A DNA stretch of 64,000 nucleotides from Patescibacteria group bacterium (GTDB taxonomy: Bacteria; Patescibacteriota; Patescibacteriia; Patescibacteriales; UBA12075), in NCBI GenBank assembly GCA_018897195.1, contig JAHILH010000001.1:476565-540564 (forward strand), written 5' to 3'. The number at the start of each line of letters is the position of its first letter. Within the stretch, counting starts at the first letter, position 1. The notes under the pieces were generated by a model. It was not told the DNA's origin. It searched no databases and saw only the letters and a program-made list of their open reading frames with translations. This document shows, piece by piece, positions 1 through 9,590 of this stretch. The position numbers and the translations under genes are program-made.

Positions 1-1038
1 GCGGGCAATAATGTAGGCAATCGGCGCGGCTAAAAGCAGGTTCAAGATAGTCACGAGAAAAGCGACAGCGAAAGTTATTACCAAACTATTCAAGAAAACA
101 CTATTAAAGAAGGGCTCGAAGTTTAAAAAATTATACAAAGCAATAAATATCGTTGGTAAAAAGATTATCAAAGCAAAAAAGATTAAAGTCACGGTATTAA
201 TCACCGGCTTCAGCCCGATAATTTTCTTTTCAAAGTTCGGATAAACTTTTCGCAAATTCAAACTGTTTTTACCCAAAAATAATTTACCGACAAATAAAAT
301 AATCACCGATGATATAATCAAAATAATACTCGCCCCCGCCGCCTGCGGAATTGAGCCGGCATTTTTTAAACTCACCACCAAAACTGGTGCGGTCATAAAA
401 GTCCCCGCCACCATCATCGTAGCGCCAGTCTCGGAAATACTGCGGGTAAACGACAAAACCGAGCCCACGATAATTCCATCCTTAAACAAAGGCAAAGAGA
501 CAGTGCGAAAAATCGTGAACGGATGAGCGCTCAAGGTCAGAGCTGCTTCTTCCAAGTTCGGGTCAAGCTGTTGAATGGCCGCCGTTATCGAGCGAATCAT
601 ATATGGCAGAGTAAAGACAACATGAAGTAAAATAATCAAAAGTGGACCCTTGGATATCAAACCACCCTCAATCCCAAATAAGCGCGCCAGACCATTGGCA
701 GAGCCCCAATAAAGAAAGACTGAAAAACCCAAGGCCGCTGTTGGCACCACTAAGGATAGATCGATAAGATTGTCCAAAACCTTCGCCCACCAAGATTTAC
801 TACGCGACATCCACCAAGCTAGCGGTAAACCAAAGATGAGATTTACCAAAGTCACAATCAAGCCGATTTCAAACGACAAGGTTACCGCCTTGATAATATC
901 CGGACCAAAGGCGCCGTCGCCAAAAGAAAAATGACCAAGAATAAAGACAGCCGGCAAGAAAATTATTGCTAAAAAAATAACTATCGCCGACCCAAAGCCG
1001 AGATTACCGATTTTGAAAATTGTTTTTTTATTGTTCAT
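1..1038 (-). CDS. ABC transporter permease (sulfate/molybdate/iron-type), runs off the left window edge
   Basis: Not in the ORF track. Hand-translated from ATG at 1038: MNNKKTIFKIG...VVPTAALG...FTLPYMIRSITAAIQQLDPNLEEAALTLSA (EAA loop), with multiple TM segments. Confidence 0.85.
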   Translation of the reverse strand, partial: MNNKKTIFKIGNLGFGSAIVIFLAIIFLPAVFILGHFSFGDGAFGPDIIKAVTLSFEIGLIVTLVNLIFGLPLAWWMSRSKSWWAKVLDNLIDLSLVVPTAALGFSVFLYWGSANGLARLFGIEGGLISKGPLLIILLHVVFTLPYMIRSITAAIQQLDPNLEEAALTLSAHPFTIFRTVSLPLFKDGIIVGSVLSFTRSISETGATMMVAGTFMTAPVLVVSLKNAGSIPQAAGASIILIISSVIILFVGKLFLGKNSLNLRKVYPNFEKKIIGLKPVINTVTLIFFALIIFLPTIFIALYNFLNFEPFFNSVFLNSLVITFAVAFLVTILNLLLAAPIAYIIAR

Positions 1039-1056
1039 AGATATTGTTTTAAATTT

Positions 1057-1134
1057 CCCCCTCACCCCGACCCTCTCCCGCGGGGCGAGGGAGTTTATAT
1101 TCCCTCTCCTTGCCAGGAGAGGGTTAGGGTGAGG
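1057..1134. repeat. Pair of GC-rich palindromic repeats (family A, CCCCTCACCCCRACCCTCTCCC..GGGCGAGGGAG), forward 1057-1093 and inverted 1101-1134
   Basis: Direct match to copies at 3526, 3606, 25220, 36574, 62426, 62869, 63305. Confidence 0.9.
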
Positions 1135-1146
1135 TAGTTTTTCTAA

Positions 1147-3300
1147 CTAGGCCCGAATCAATACTCGTGCCAGACGCAATTCATCATAATCATATTTCCC
1201 ATCCAAGTATTCAAATACCGGCTTCAATTTATCATCACCGATTTTCTTGAAGGCTTTTTTCATCGCCTCAAAGCGATCGCTGGGTAATTTTAAATAATTC
1301 AAATCCATTATCTCACCAGCATCAATCATTTTTTCAATATGATTCACAATCGTCGCGGGTTGGACTTTTTGGTTCTTGGCAATCTTGTCAACGGGAATTT
1401 TCTTGGCCAAAAGTTCTTTGGTCTTCAAATAAAAAGTCGGTCGTCTTTCCTTGATTTCAATATCGTCACTGCTTTTTTTCACTTTTTTCTGATCAATCTC
1501 AATTGATTGAATATTATGCGTGCGCGCAAAGATAGCAATTTCTTTCAAAAAGATGTCAGCATATTCTTCGAGCTTCTTGGCACCAACACCAGAGATTTTC
1601 GCAAAGGCTTCTTTGTCAGCGGGAAAATAATAAGCCATTTCACGCAAAGAAGTGTCGCCAAAGATGACGAAGGGCGGCACATTGGCCTTCTCTGCCAACT
1701 CGCGCCGAATACCACGTAATAATTCAAATAAGTCTTCATTGTATTTGAGCTCGCCTTTTTTCTTAGTCGCTTTTTTATCGAGAACATCAACTAATGGTTT
1801 CACTATTTCCAGCACTTCATCGCTTGGCAAAAATTGCCCCGCTTTTTTGGTAATGCTCAGTGTCGGATATTTCCCCTCCGTCTTAATCAAATAACCTAGA
1901 TTGACTAATTGATTAATAATCTGGCCCAACTCCCCTTCGGAAAAATCATCAACAATGCCAAAGACAGACAATTGTTCATGCTTATTCGCTCTAATCTTTT
2001 GACTCTTCTTACCCATGAGCACATCAATAACATAATTCTTACCAAAACGACTTTCCGTTCTGACCACGGCTGATAATATCTTCTTGGCAATCACAGTCGC
2101 ATCAAACATTTCCTTCACCGTCAAACAAACATCGCAAGCGCCACAATTATCCCCTTGCATTTCCTCACCAAAATATTTTAATAAATATTTCTTGCGACAA
2201 GTAGCCAATTCACCATAACTCAAAACCTCGCTTAATTTCTCCTCCGCTCGTTCGCGTAAAATATTGTCCTCAATTTGATTGATAAAAAACTGATGCTTAC
2301 GCGTATCAGCATAGGTATAAAACATGACGCAATCACTTGCCAAACCATCACGACCAGCACGACCGATTTCTTGGTAATAACCTTCGAGGGTTTTTGGATA
2401 AGTGTAATGCACTACCAAGCGCACATCGGGCTTATCAATGCCCATACCAAAAGCAATGGTCGCCACAATAATATCCACCTTGTCTTTGATAAATAATTCC
2501 TGCACCAATTTACGCTCGCTCGCACTCAGACCGGCATGATAGGCACGCGCACTTAATTTATTTAATTTCAAATTACTAGCAATGTCTTCGGTCTCTTTGC
2601 GTGAATGGCAATAAATAATCGCTGACTCTTTGGGATATTTATTTAAGAGGTTAACTAATTTCACAAAAGCCTGTTTTTTCTCAACCACAGAGACGCGCAA
2701 ATTCTCCCGATTAAAACTGGAAACAAAAAGTTGCGCCTTTTGCAGGCTTAGCTGACGCACAATATCCTCACGCACCTTCTCCGTTGCCGTCGCCGTCAAA
2801 GCAATCAAGGGCACGCCAGGAAATAGCTTGCGCAAGGCGCTGAGATTGCGATACTCCGGTCGAAAGTCATGACCCCATTCAGAAATACAATGAGCCTCGT
2901 CAATCGCAATTAAACTAATTTCTAAAGTTTTTAAAAAATCCTGAAAACCTTTCGCCCCAAAACGTTCTGGCGCTACATACAAAATCTTAATATCACCCGC
3001 CTGCGTCCGTTCACAAATCTGATCAATCTGAGCCGGCAATAAAGTCGAATTAATAAACTCGGCATTCACACCGCAAGCCTGCAAAGCATCGACCTGGTCT
3101 TTCATCAAAGCAATCAATGGCGAAACCACCAAAGTGACACCGGGGAACTTCAAAGCTGGCAATTGGTAACACAAAGACTTACCACCACCAGTCGGCATCA
3201 GCACAAAAGCGTCTTTTTTAGCTAAAACATTATTAATAATTTCCGCCTGCAAAGGCCGAAATTCGTCATAGCCGAAATATTTTTTAAGAAGTGTTTGCAT
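1147..3300 (-). CDS. recQ: ATP-dependent DNA helicase RecQ
   Basis: MPTGGGKS, DEAHC, QEIGRAGRDG, Zn-binding RQC, HRDC and C-terminal HTH. Confidence 0.97.
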   Translation of the reverse strand: MQTLLKKYFGYDEFRPLQAEIINNVLAKKDAFVLMPTGGGKSLCYQLPALKFPGVTLVVSPLIALMKDQVDALQACGVNAEFINSTLLPAQIDQICERTQAGDIKILYVAPERFGAKGFQDFLKTLEISLIAIDEAHCISEWGHDFRPEYRNLSALRKLFPGVPLIALTATATEKVREDIVRQLSLQKAQLFVSSFNRENLRVSVVEKKQAFVKLVNLLNKYPKESAIIYCHSRKETEDIASNLKLNKLSARAYHAGLSASERKLVQELFIKDKVDIIVATIAFGMGIDKPDVRLVVHYTYPKTLEGYYQEIGRAGRDGLASDCVMFYTYADTRKHQFFINQIEDNILRERAEEKLSEVLSYGELATCRKKYLLKYFGEEMQGDNCGACDVCLTVKEMFDATVIAKKILSAVVRTESRFGKNYVIDVLMGKKSQKIRANKHEQLSVFGIVDDFSEGELGQIINQLVNLGYLIKTEGKYPTLSITKKAGQFLPSDEVLEIVKPLVDVLDKKATKKKGELKYNEDLFELLRGIRRELAEKANVPPFVIFGDTSLREMAYYFPADKEAFAKISGVGAKKLEEYADIFLKEIAIFARTHNIQSIEIDQKKVKKSSDDIEIKERRPTFYLKTKELLAKKIPVDKIAKNQKVQPATIVNHIEKMIDAGEIMDLNYLKLPSDRFEAMKKAFKKIGDDKLKPVFEYLDGKYDYDELRLARVLIRA

Positions 3301-3345
3301 AGGGTTATTTTAACATTAATTAGTAAAAAGTAAAAGAATATATAT

Positions 3346-3467
3346 TGTCATTCTGGAGCGAAGCGATAGAATCTTCGACTACGTAAAAAACGAGTGTTAA
3401 TATTCGAATTTTAAATCTTAAACATCGGAAGATTCTATCGGTCGTCCCGACTCCCTCCAGAATGACA
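3346..3467. repeat. MITE-like palindromic element (family B, TGTCATTCTGGAG...CTCCAGAATGACA)
   Basis: Perfect terminal inverted repeats; first ~47 nt nearly identical to the reverse complement of 56747-56843. Confidence 0.85.
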
Positions 3468-3525
3468 ATCGATTAAATTTTATAATATCAGATGACTATT
3501 CACCTACACAAAAGACGGGTATTAA

Positions 3526-3641
3526 CTCCCTCTCCTTTGTAGGAGAGGGTCGGGGTGAGGTAGAGCGTGCGAAGAATATTATATAGGAAGTATTTTAACA
3601 ATGCTCCCTCACCCCGACCCTCTCCCGGCGGGGCGAGGGAG
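3526..3641. repeat. Family A repeat pair (inverted 3526-3560, forward 3606-3641) with a 45-bp spacer
   Basis: Same relative orientation as the pair flanking the DUF559 gene. Confidence 0.9.
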
Positions 3642-3686
3642 AATACGATGACACACTTCCTGCTATATAAATTCAAAGTCATATTT

Positions 3687-4991
3687 TCACCAAGCCTCCC
3701 CCAACATCGGAATCGCCAAGCGTTTTCGGATTGTTTCACCTTTGAACAAAACACTTTTCCGATCCGCCTTCGCTTCGCGTCCGCCTTGGTGCTGGCGGAA
3801 ATTCATTGCCTGCCAGCTGGTCCCGAGAAATAGCGTATGCTTGCCATAACGCGCCGCCATGTCGTCGACGCTGCCGAAAATTTTGAAATATTTATCTGAC
3901 TTAAGCACTTCACCAAAGATATCTAATTGGCTCGGTTTGTGTTCCGCCAAGTCAGTCAGCACTATGCCAGACGCGCGATATAATTGGCGCTGATTGAAGA
4001 CCTCGTCAAAACGATTGGCAATCAAACTAATCACGTCATTGGGCGAGGCCGTTTGGCGATTCATTTTTATTTCCAAACCGGCATATTGAAAGTCCTGGGT
4101 TTTTAAATAAAAAAAGAATTTCTTGGTAGCCAACTTATAACGACGAGCTTTAATAAAAGCATTTTCAACATTCTTGGAAAGTTGCGACAGAATAAATGCT
4201 TTGTCGCTTGATGGTGGCGTAAAAGTTTTGGTCTTGCTAATTGATTGATAAAGAGATTTTTTCGCCGTGTCGACATCGTTGACCACTTCCCCGTTTAATT
4301 CTTTCCAAATCTCTAAATACGGTTTGGATAAACGACTCTTGACCCAGTCAAAATCTTTTTGCGCAAAATCCAAGGCACTGCGTATGCCCAATTTATTTAA
4401 ATACGCCGTTGTTTGCTGACCAATGCCCCAAACTTTATCGACGCTTAATTTTTCTAAAAAATAATGAAGATTGTGACCAGGCATAATTGTCAGGCCTGAT
4501 GGCTTTTTCCACTTGGAACCAATCTTGGCCAAGACCTTGGTCGGTGCCAAACCAATGGAGAAGGTCATGCCCAATTCAGCATCCAAGTCACGTTTGATAC
4601 TATCAGCAATCTTTTCGTAGGACATATTCAAGGGTCGTTGCAGGCCCGTCAAATCAGCAAAGCATTCATCAATGCTATATTCCTCCACATCGGAAGTATA
4701 GCGTCGAACAATCTCATACATCCGCACCGAAAAAAGACTATAAGTCTCATAATCGGACGGCAGGAAAATCGCATCCGGACAGATTTTCTTCATCTCCCAA
4801 AGGCTCATCGCCCGCTTCACGCCCCTCGCCTTGGCCTCATAGGTCAAAGATGACACAATCCCCCTCTCACTGCCGGTAACAACCGGCTTACCCCTCAAGG
4901 CTGGGTTTTTGGCCACTTCACAAGAGGCAAAAAAACAATCACCGTCGATGTGGAGGATGGCTTTGGGGAAATCAAACAATTTTAATGGCAT
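3687..4991 (-). CDS. dinB: Y-family DNA polymerase IV (DinB/UmuC-like)
   Basis: HIDGDCFFASCE and YSIDECF motifs; start moved to the ATG at 4991, which has AGGAG upstream. Confidence 0.92.
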   Translation of the reverse strand: MPLKLFDFPKAILHIDGDCFFASCEVAKNPALRGKPVVTGSERGIVSSLTYEAKARGVKRAMSLWEMKKICPDAIFLPSDYETYSLFSVRMYEIVRRYTSDVEEYSIDECFADLTGLQRPLNMSYEKIADSIKRDLDAELGMTFSIGLAPTKVLAKIGSKWKKPSGLTIMPGHNLHYFLEKLSVDKVWGIGQQTTAYLNKLGIRSALDFAQKDFDWVKSRLSKPYLEIWKELNGEVVNDVDTAKKSLYQSISKTKTFTPPSSDKAFILSQLSKNVENAFIKARRYKLATKKFFFYLKTQDFQYAGLEIKMNRQTASPNDVISLIANRFDEVFNQRQLYRASGIVLTDLAEHKPSQLDIFGEVLKSDKYFKIFGSVDDMAARYGKHTLFLGTSWQAMNFRQHQGGREAKADRKSVLFKGETIRKRLAIPMLGEAW

Positions 4992-5029
4992 ATGTCTCCT
5001 TTTAAAGCAGTATATATAAATATTTATGT

Positions 5030-5190
5030 TTAATTTTCTAATTTTCAATTTTCAATTTTCGAAACAATTTTCAATGACACAATTTATTAATTTTCAAACA
5101 CGATAATCATTCTATTTATTGTTTGAAAATTGTTTCATTGAAAATTTAATCATTGTTTTGAAAATTGAAAATTGAAAATTCGAAAATTAA
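5030..5190. repeat. AT-rich inverted repeat built from AATTTTC/GAAAATT heptamers
   Basis: aattttctaattttcaattttcaattttcgaaacaat ... attgttttgaaaattgaaaattgaaaattcgaaaatt. Confidence 0.75.
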
Positions 5191-5751
5191 TCAATACTTC
5201 CGCACCACCGCCTTGACCACTGCCGAGATCTTTAATTCTTCTTTGGGATAAATCGGTTGAAAATCTTTATTTGCTGGTTCAAGGAAAATCACATTGCCTT
5301 TTTTCCGAAAATATTTAATCGTCCATTCGCCATCAACTTCGGCAATGACAATATCCCCGCTCCGTGGCGTGATATTTCGCTCGACAATCACCATGTCCCC
5401 CTCAACGATCCCCGCATCCTTCATCGAATCGCCGCGCACCTTGAGAATATAGGTCGCCTCACGATTGCCCACCAGATACTCATCGAAAGTAATCGTGTCC
5501 GCCAACTCCTCCTCGGCCGGCGACGGAAAGCCCGCCTCCACATAACCCAAAGTTCTAATCGCGCCATAAAGACTTCCTGGGCTCAAGCGCCCTTTACTAT
5601 CTTTACTCAAAAAACCCTCATCCACTAAGCGATTAACCAACTTAAAAACCGCGTTCTTGGACTTATAACCCAACAACGTCATGATCTCGCTATACACCGG
5701 CATCCGCCTATTTGTCTTATAAAATTTTTCAATTTTGTTTTTCACATCCAT
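5191..5751 (-). CDS. lexA: LexA-family repressor (HTH + S24 autopeptidase)
   Basis: N-terminal wHTH (RMPVYSEIMTLLGYKSKNAV), AG cleavage site (VEAGFP), GDSM catalytic Ser, TIK Lys; start taken as the ATG at 5751. Confidence 0.88.
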   Translation of the reverse strand: MDVKNKIEKFYKTNRRMPVYSEIMTLLGYKSKNAVFKLVNRLVDEGFLSKDSKGRLSPGSLYGAIRTLGYVEAGFPSPAEEELADTITFDEYLVGNREATYILKVRGDSMKDAGIVEGDMVIVERNITPRSGDIVIAEVDGEWTIKYFRKKGNVIFLEPANKDFQPIYPKEELKISAVVKAVVRKY

Positions 5752-5757
5752 GTCTAT

Positions 5758-5787
5758 ATAATAGGTGAACAGTCGTTCACCTGTCAA
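5758..5787 (-). promoter_or_regulatory. lexA promoter (TTGACA-N18-TATTAT) with an SOS-box-like palindrome AGGTGAAC-AGTC-GTTCACCT in the spacer
   Basis: Perfect 8-bp arms at 5763-5782 containing GAAC-N4-GTTC. Confidence 0.85.
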
Positions 5788-5921
5788 GTGGATAAGTATT
5801 ATTATTATTTGATTGACAAAATCCAAATATCTGCTAATATTTAAAAATCAAAAAAGAAACAGCTCTTTCAAATTATACATATTTAGGCGAACTAGCTTGA
5901 GGAATTAAGCTGGTTCAAATA

Positions 5922-6575
5922 ATGAATCAAAAGGGAGATGTGGAGATGAATACAACCACGGCTTTACCAAAAGAAAAGACAACGGGGGCAAAAGATTTGA
6001 TTGGCAAATTTTTAAGCAGCCTCCCCTTTTTTGGCATGCATAAAGATCGACCCAGGATAAATCTATCATCTGATGGATTGCGAGTGCCGATAAAGGCGGC
6101 AGCGCCGATAAAAAGGACGGCGGCAACTGACCGTGTAATAGCCCCTGGAGTGCCCCTTCTTTCTAAAGGTGCCGAGGGAAATATACAATATTACATCATA
6201 GTTGAAGGGAAAACATTCAACGTTGACCCATGTTGCCATCTTAAAGACATCACCGAGGTTGATGAAAATTGGGAAAAAACAATTGCTATATCAAAAGGTA
6301 TAACTGTCTATAGTGACCAAAGTAAAGCATTGGTTTCATACGCCAGAGCTTTTTACATCAACAACAAACAGATGCCAGCGCTGCAAAGAATCTGCCATGA
6401 AAACGGCCGAGAAATCGAAGGGGAAAACGGCAGAGAAACAATGGACATCCCAAGGAGTGAAATCTACAAACTCTTCACTGAGCAACCGACACGCGTCATG
6501 GCCGCAATAGCCGGCTTACCCCACGATTATCTAAGCGAACCCCTGCAAAAGGCGCCGGGATTTCCAATTTGGTAA
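5922..6575 (+). CDS. Hypothetical protein
   Basis: 217-aa ORF with an upstream TTGACA promoter and a downstream terminator. Confidence 0.7.
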   Translation: MNQKGDVEMNTTTALPKEKTTGAKDLIGKFLSSLPFFGMHKDRPRINLSSDGLRVPIKAAAPIKRTAATDRVIAPGVPLLSKGAEGNIQYYIIVEGKTFNVDPCCHLKDITEVDENWEKTIAISKGITVYSDQSKALVSYARAFYINNKQMPALQRICHENGREIEGENGRETMDIPRSEIYKLFTEQPTRVMAAIAGLPHDYLSEPLQKAPGFPIW

Positions 6576-6596
6576 AACCAACAATCACCATCACCC

Positions 6597-6623
6597 AGGA
6601 CGCCCCCAAGCGTCCTTTTTTTT
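6597..6623 (+). terminator. Rho-independent terminator
   Basis: AGGACGC-loop-GCGTCCT followed by a T run. Confidence 0.75.
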
Positions 6624-6696
6624 ATCCAAAAAATAACACTTTACAAAATCAAATAAATCTGCCAATATATAACAAACATAAAAAAAGGAGGAATCG

Positions 6697-7311
6697 ATGA
6701 AAAAAATAAAAATGATTGTGTTTGATTTGTACGGCACGCTGATTTTCACAAAAAGGAAAACTAGTCCGTATAAAATGTTCTTGGAAGCAATTTCCGCCCG
6801 CAATCATAAAGAGCTTGTAAACATAATCCTTTGTAGCGATTTTTTCAAAACGCCCGAAGGAGAGATTGAGCTCTTTAATCTTGGCAATTCTGTGGATGTT
6901 GAAAAATTTACAACTGATTTGCGCACCGAATTAGAGTCAACCGAGCCATACCCGGAATCAATCGAGCTGCTCAAAGAATTACGTAGCCTTGGCTATATGA
7001 CTGGCGTGATTTCCAATCTAGCCACACCTTACAAAAAACCATTTTTCCAATTAGGCCTTGATAAGCTCATTGATCACAGTGTCTTTTCCTGCGAAGTTGG
7101 TCACATTAAACCGCACAAGAATATCTACACAGTAATGAGCAAAAACTCCGGCATCGCCCTTGAAGAAATGCTCATGATTGGCGACAGCCTAAGATGTGAC
7201 GTGGCTGGCCCAAAAGCAGTCGGCATAAACGCCATTTTGTTGGACAGAGCCGGTTCATCCAAAGAAACAAACAAAATAAAAACGTTAGACGAAATTCTAA
7301 CCATCCTCTAA
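6697..7311 (+). CDS. HAD-family hydrolase
   Basis: FDLYGTL, ISN, KP and IGDSLRCD motifs. Confidence 0.9.
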   Translation: MKKIKMIVFDLYGTLIFTKRKTSPYKMFLEAISARNHKELVNIILCSDFFKTPEGEIELFNLGNSVDVEKFTTDLRTELESTEPYPESIELLKELRSLGYMTGVISNLATPYKKPFFQLGLDKLIDHSVFSCEVGHIKPHKNIYTVMSKNSGIALEEMLMIGDSLRCDVAGPKAVGINAILLDRAGSSKETNKIKTLDEILTIL

Positions 7312-7312
7312 C

Positions 7313-7342
7313 CCCCTCAGAATAAAAACTGAGGGGTTTTTT
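7313..7342 (+). terminator. Rho-independent terminator
   Basis: CCCCTCAG-loop-CTGAGGGG-TTTTTT. Confidence 0.75.
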
Positions 7343-7385
7343 ATACAAAAAAAATAACCACCATTGCTGATGATTATTCTTCGTG

Positions 7386-7467
7386 TGGGCCGGGAAGGAT
7401 TCGAACCTTCGAAGGCGTAGCCAGCAGATTTACAGTCTGCCCTCGTTGACCGCTAGAGTACCGACCC
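7386..7467 (-). tRNA. tRNA-Tyr(GTA)
   Basis: GGGTCGG...GCAGA CTGTAAA TCTGC...GGTTCGAATCC; long variable arm. Confidence 0.95.
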
Positions 7468-7657
7468 AATATCCTTTTAAAACAAAATAATGCCCTATTC
7501 CAGGGCTTATTTTACCTATAATCAAAATAACATATTTAAAATAATAAATCAATACCAGGCATTTTGTCAAAAATATTGTTAAATATCGCTATTTTTGTAA
7601 GAAAAAATCGCCTAATGGCGATTTAATCTCAAAATTATCTTAACAAATTTTAAACCT

Positions 7658-8374
7658 TTAGTTTCCACATGAACAACTGCCATCTGAACAACAATCGTCA
7701 TCTTCGTAATCATAACCATCTTCATCCACCTCGGTAGCCATATCATAGTCGGCATCATCATAATCAGCCTCATCGTCCTCGCCCTCATCAAGCGCCTCGT
7801 CAAATTCAAAAGCGAAATGAGCTAAGTGGTGATCAGGAATATTTTTATAACGTGGAGCTGTAATCATCTTCTTTGCTTCAGCAATCCATTCTTCCTCATA
7901 GCCAATCATATCTTCTAATTGTTGCAAAGCATCTTTCTCTGTCAATAAAAAATCAGGGATATAATTGTATTGCCAAACCTCCTTCTTGTCTTTATGCTTG
8001 GCAATAATTTTATCATGCACTTTTTTCTCCAACATTAATTTATCCAATTTCATTTGAACAGCACCAGCCTCCATCATTAAGTCTTCAAGGTCAATTTTTC
8101 GTCGGCGGATTAATTCACAAAGCATAAACTCTTGATCTTCCTTTTCGCTATTTGGTTGATAATAAATAAATTCGCATTCCTCCAAGGCCATCTCCGCGTA
8201 GGCTCTTTTTTCCTCATCTTGCTCAATTTTTAAATATTGCTCAATTTTAGCAATCGCCTCTTTAGTCCCCGCGTTGGCCAATTTTTGCAATTCACCCGGC
8301 GCTAAGTCCTTAATTACTGTTCCCTTTTTAGCAGCAACTTTCTTATTGTTTACCTTAGTTTTTTTCGTAGCCAT
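7658..8374 (-). CDS. Hypothetical protein with an acidic, Cys-rich C-terminus
   Basis: 238-aa helical ORF ending DDDCCSDGSCSCGN. Confidence 0.75.
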   Translation of the reverse strand: MATKKTKVNNKKVAAKKGTVIKDLAPGELQKLANAGTKEAIAKIEQYLKIEQDEEKRAYAEMALEECEFIYYQPNSEKEDQEFMLCELIRRRKIDLEDLMMEAGAVQMKLDKLMLEKKVHDKIIAKHKDKKEVWQYNYIPDFLLTEKDALQQLEDMIGYEEEWIAEAKKMITAPRYKNIPDHHLAHFAFEFDEALDEGEDDEADYDDADYDMATEVDEDGYDYEDDDCCSDGSCSCGN

Positions 8375-8400
8375 AAATTTGTATTTAATTAATAAATAAC

Positions 8401-8661
8401 TTACTTTTTTATACTAACATACTTTTTAATCATGTCAATTTTTTCCTCCCGCGATAAATTTTTAATTCTAATTTCTTCTTTTGAGGCCAAGGATCGGTTG
8501 GCAAAATTCTGCGCATAAACAAGTCTTACTGGACGTCGGCCACTCGTATATCTTGCCCCCAAGTCAGAGCTATTATGTTCACCCACTCGCCTTTCCAAAT
8601 CAGTTGTAATGCCCGTATAAAAAGTCTTATCCGCACACTTTAAAATATACACCTGCCACAT
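8401..8661 (-). CDS. GIY-YIG nuclease family protein (UPF0213-like)
   Basis: VYILKC..FYTGITTDLERRVGEHN...GARYT. Confidence 0.92.
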   Translation of the reverse strand: MWQVYILKCADKTFYTGITTDLERRVGEHNSSDLGARYTSGRRPVRLVYAQNFANRSLASKEEIRIKNLSREEKIDMIKKYVSIKK

Positions 8662-8686
8662 GAAATTTACATTAATAACAAAAATT

Positions 8687-9589
8687 TTAAATTGAATACT
8701 TAGTCAAAGATTGATTAACAGAATTTCTTTTTATTGAAAAATAGATGCCAATCATAATAAAGACAATTCCGGCGAATTGATACAAGGAAAAATCTTCTCG
8801 GAAAATGCTAACCAAGAAAAGCAAACTAAATAAAGAAGATGTCATTCCCAGGGAAATGGCTTTTGATATATCCAAACGCCTAAGACCCTCATACCAAATA
8901 ACCTTGCCAATACCTAATGAGATAACACCCACAAAAACAATTAATTTCCAATGACTTAAGATTGGACCAATTCCATTTCCTTGTGGCTCAAACAACAAAG
9001 CCAAAACTAACATAAAAAGGCCCCCTAATAAAAAACGCGTAAACAAAATTATCGACGGTGACACCAAATTTAAAGCCTTTTTCGCATAAAAATTACCGAG
9101 CGGAAATGTTATAGTGCTAACAACAATCAATAAATCACCAACATTTAATCGCGGGGTGCCATTATATAAAATCAACGAAGCCCCAATAAACACTCCACCC
9201 GCACCAAGTAATTTCAACCTGGTTGTTTTTTCACCAATAAAGTGTGTGAAAATTAAAGTGAATATTATTTCCGATAGCTTTAAAAAAGAAGTATTAATGC
9301 CAGACGTTTTACTTGAGCCAATAGACATTAAAAGATACGGAATTACTACAATGCAAAAAGTTACCATCAACATCGAGGCGTAAGCATTTTTATTTTTTAA
9401 TTCATGTAATTCTCCTCGAGTCGCTGCATAAATAAAAGAACCACTAGCCGCCAACAAAGTTGTAATCGCGGCAAACATCACCGGTGGCACAAGTTGCGTT
9501 CCCCTATTCACCAAAATCGGAAACATTCCACCAATCGCCGCACTTACCAAGGCAAAAATCACGCCTGCATTTTCTTCTTTTCTTGTCAT
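8687..9589 (-). CDS. DMT/EamA family transporter
   Basis: About 10 TM helices in two repeats. Confidence 0.85.
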   Translation of the reverse strand: MTRKEENAGVIFALVSAAIGGMFPILVNRGTQLVPPVMFAAITTLLAASGSFIYAATRGELHELKNKNAYASMLMVTFCIVVIPYLLMSIGSSKTSGINTSFLKLSEIIFTLIFTHFIGEKTTRLKLLGAGGVFIGASLILYNGTPRLNVGDLLIVVSTITFPLGNFYAKKALNLVSPSIILFTRFLLGGLFMLVLALLFEPQGNGIGPILSHWKLIVFVGVISLGIGKVIWYEGLRRLDISKAISLGMTSSLFSLLFLVSIFREDFSLYQFAGIVFIMIGIYFSIKRNSVNQSLTKYSI

Positions 9590-9590
9590 A

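Noticed and set aside
3500..3833. ORFs 3500-3754 (-) and 3567-3833 (+)
   Set aside because: They are translations of the family A repeats and the dinB 3' end, not genes
8401..8661. GIY-YIG gene as the mobiliser of family B repeats
   Set aside because: No flanking repeats; it looks like the ordinary UPF0213 type
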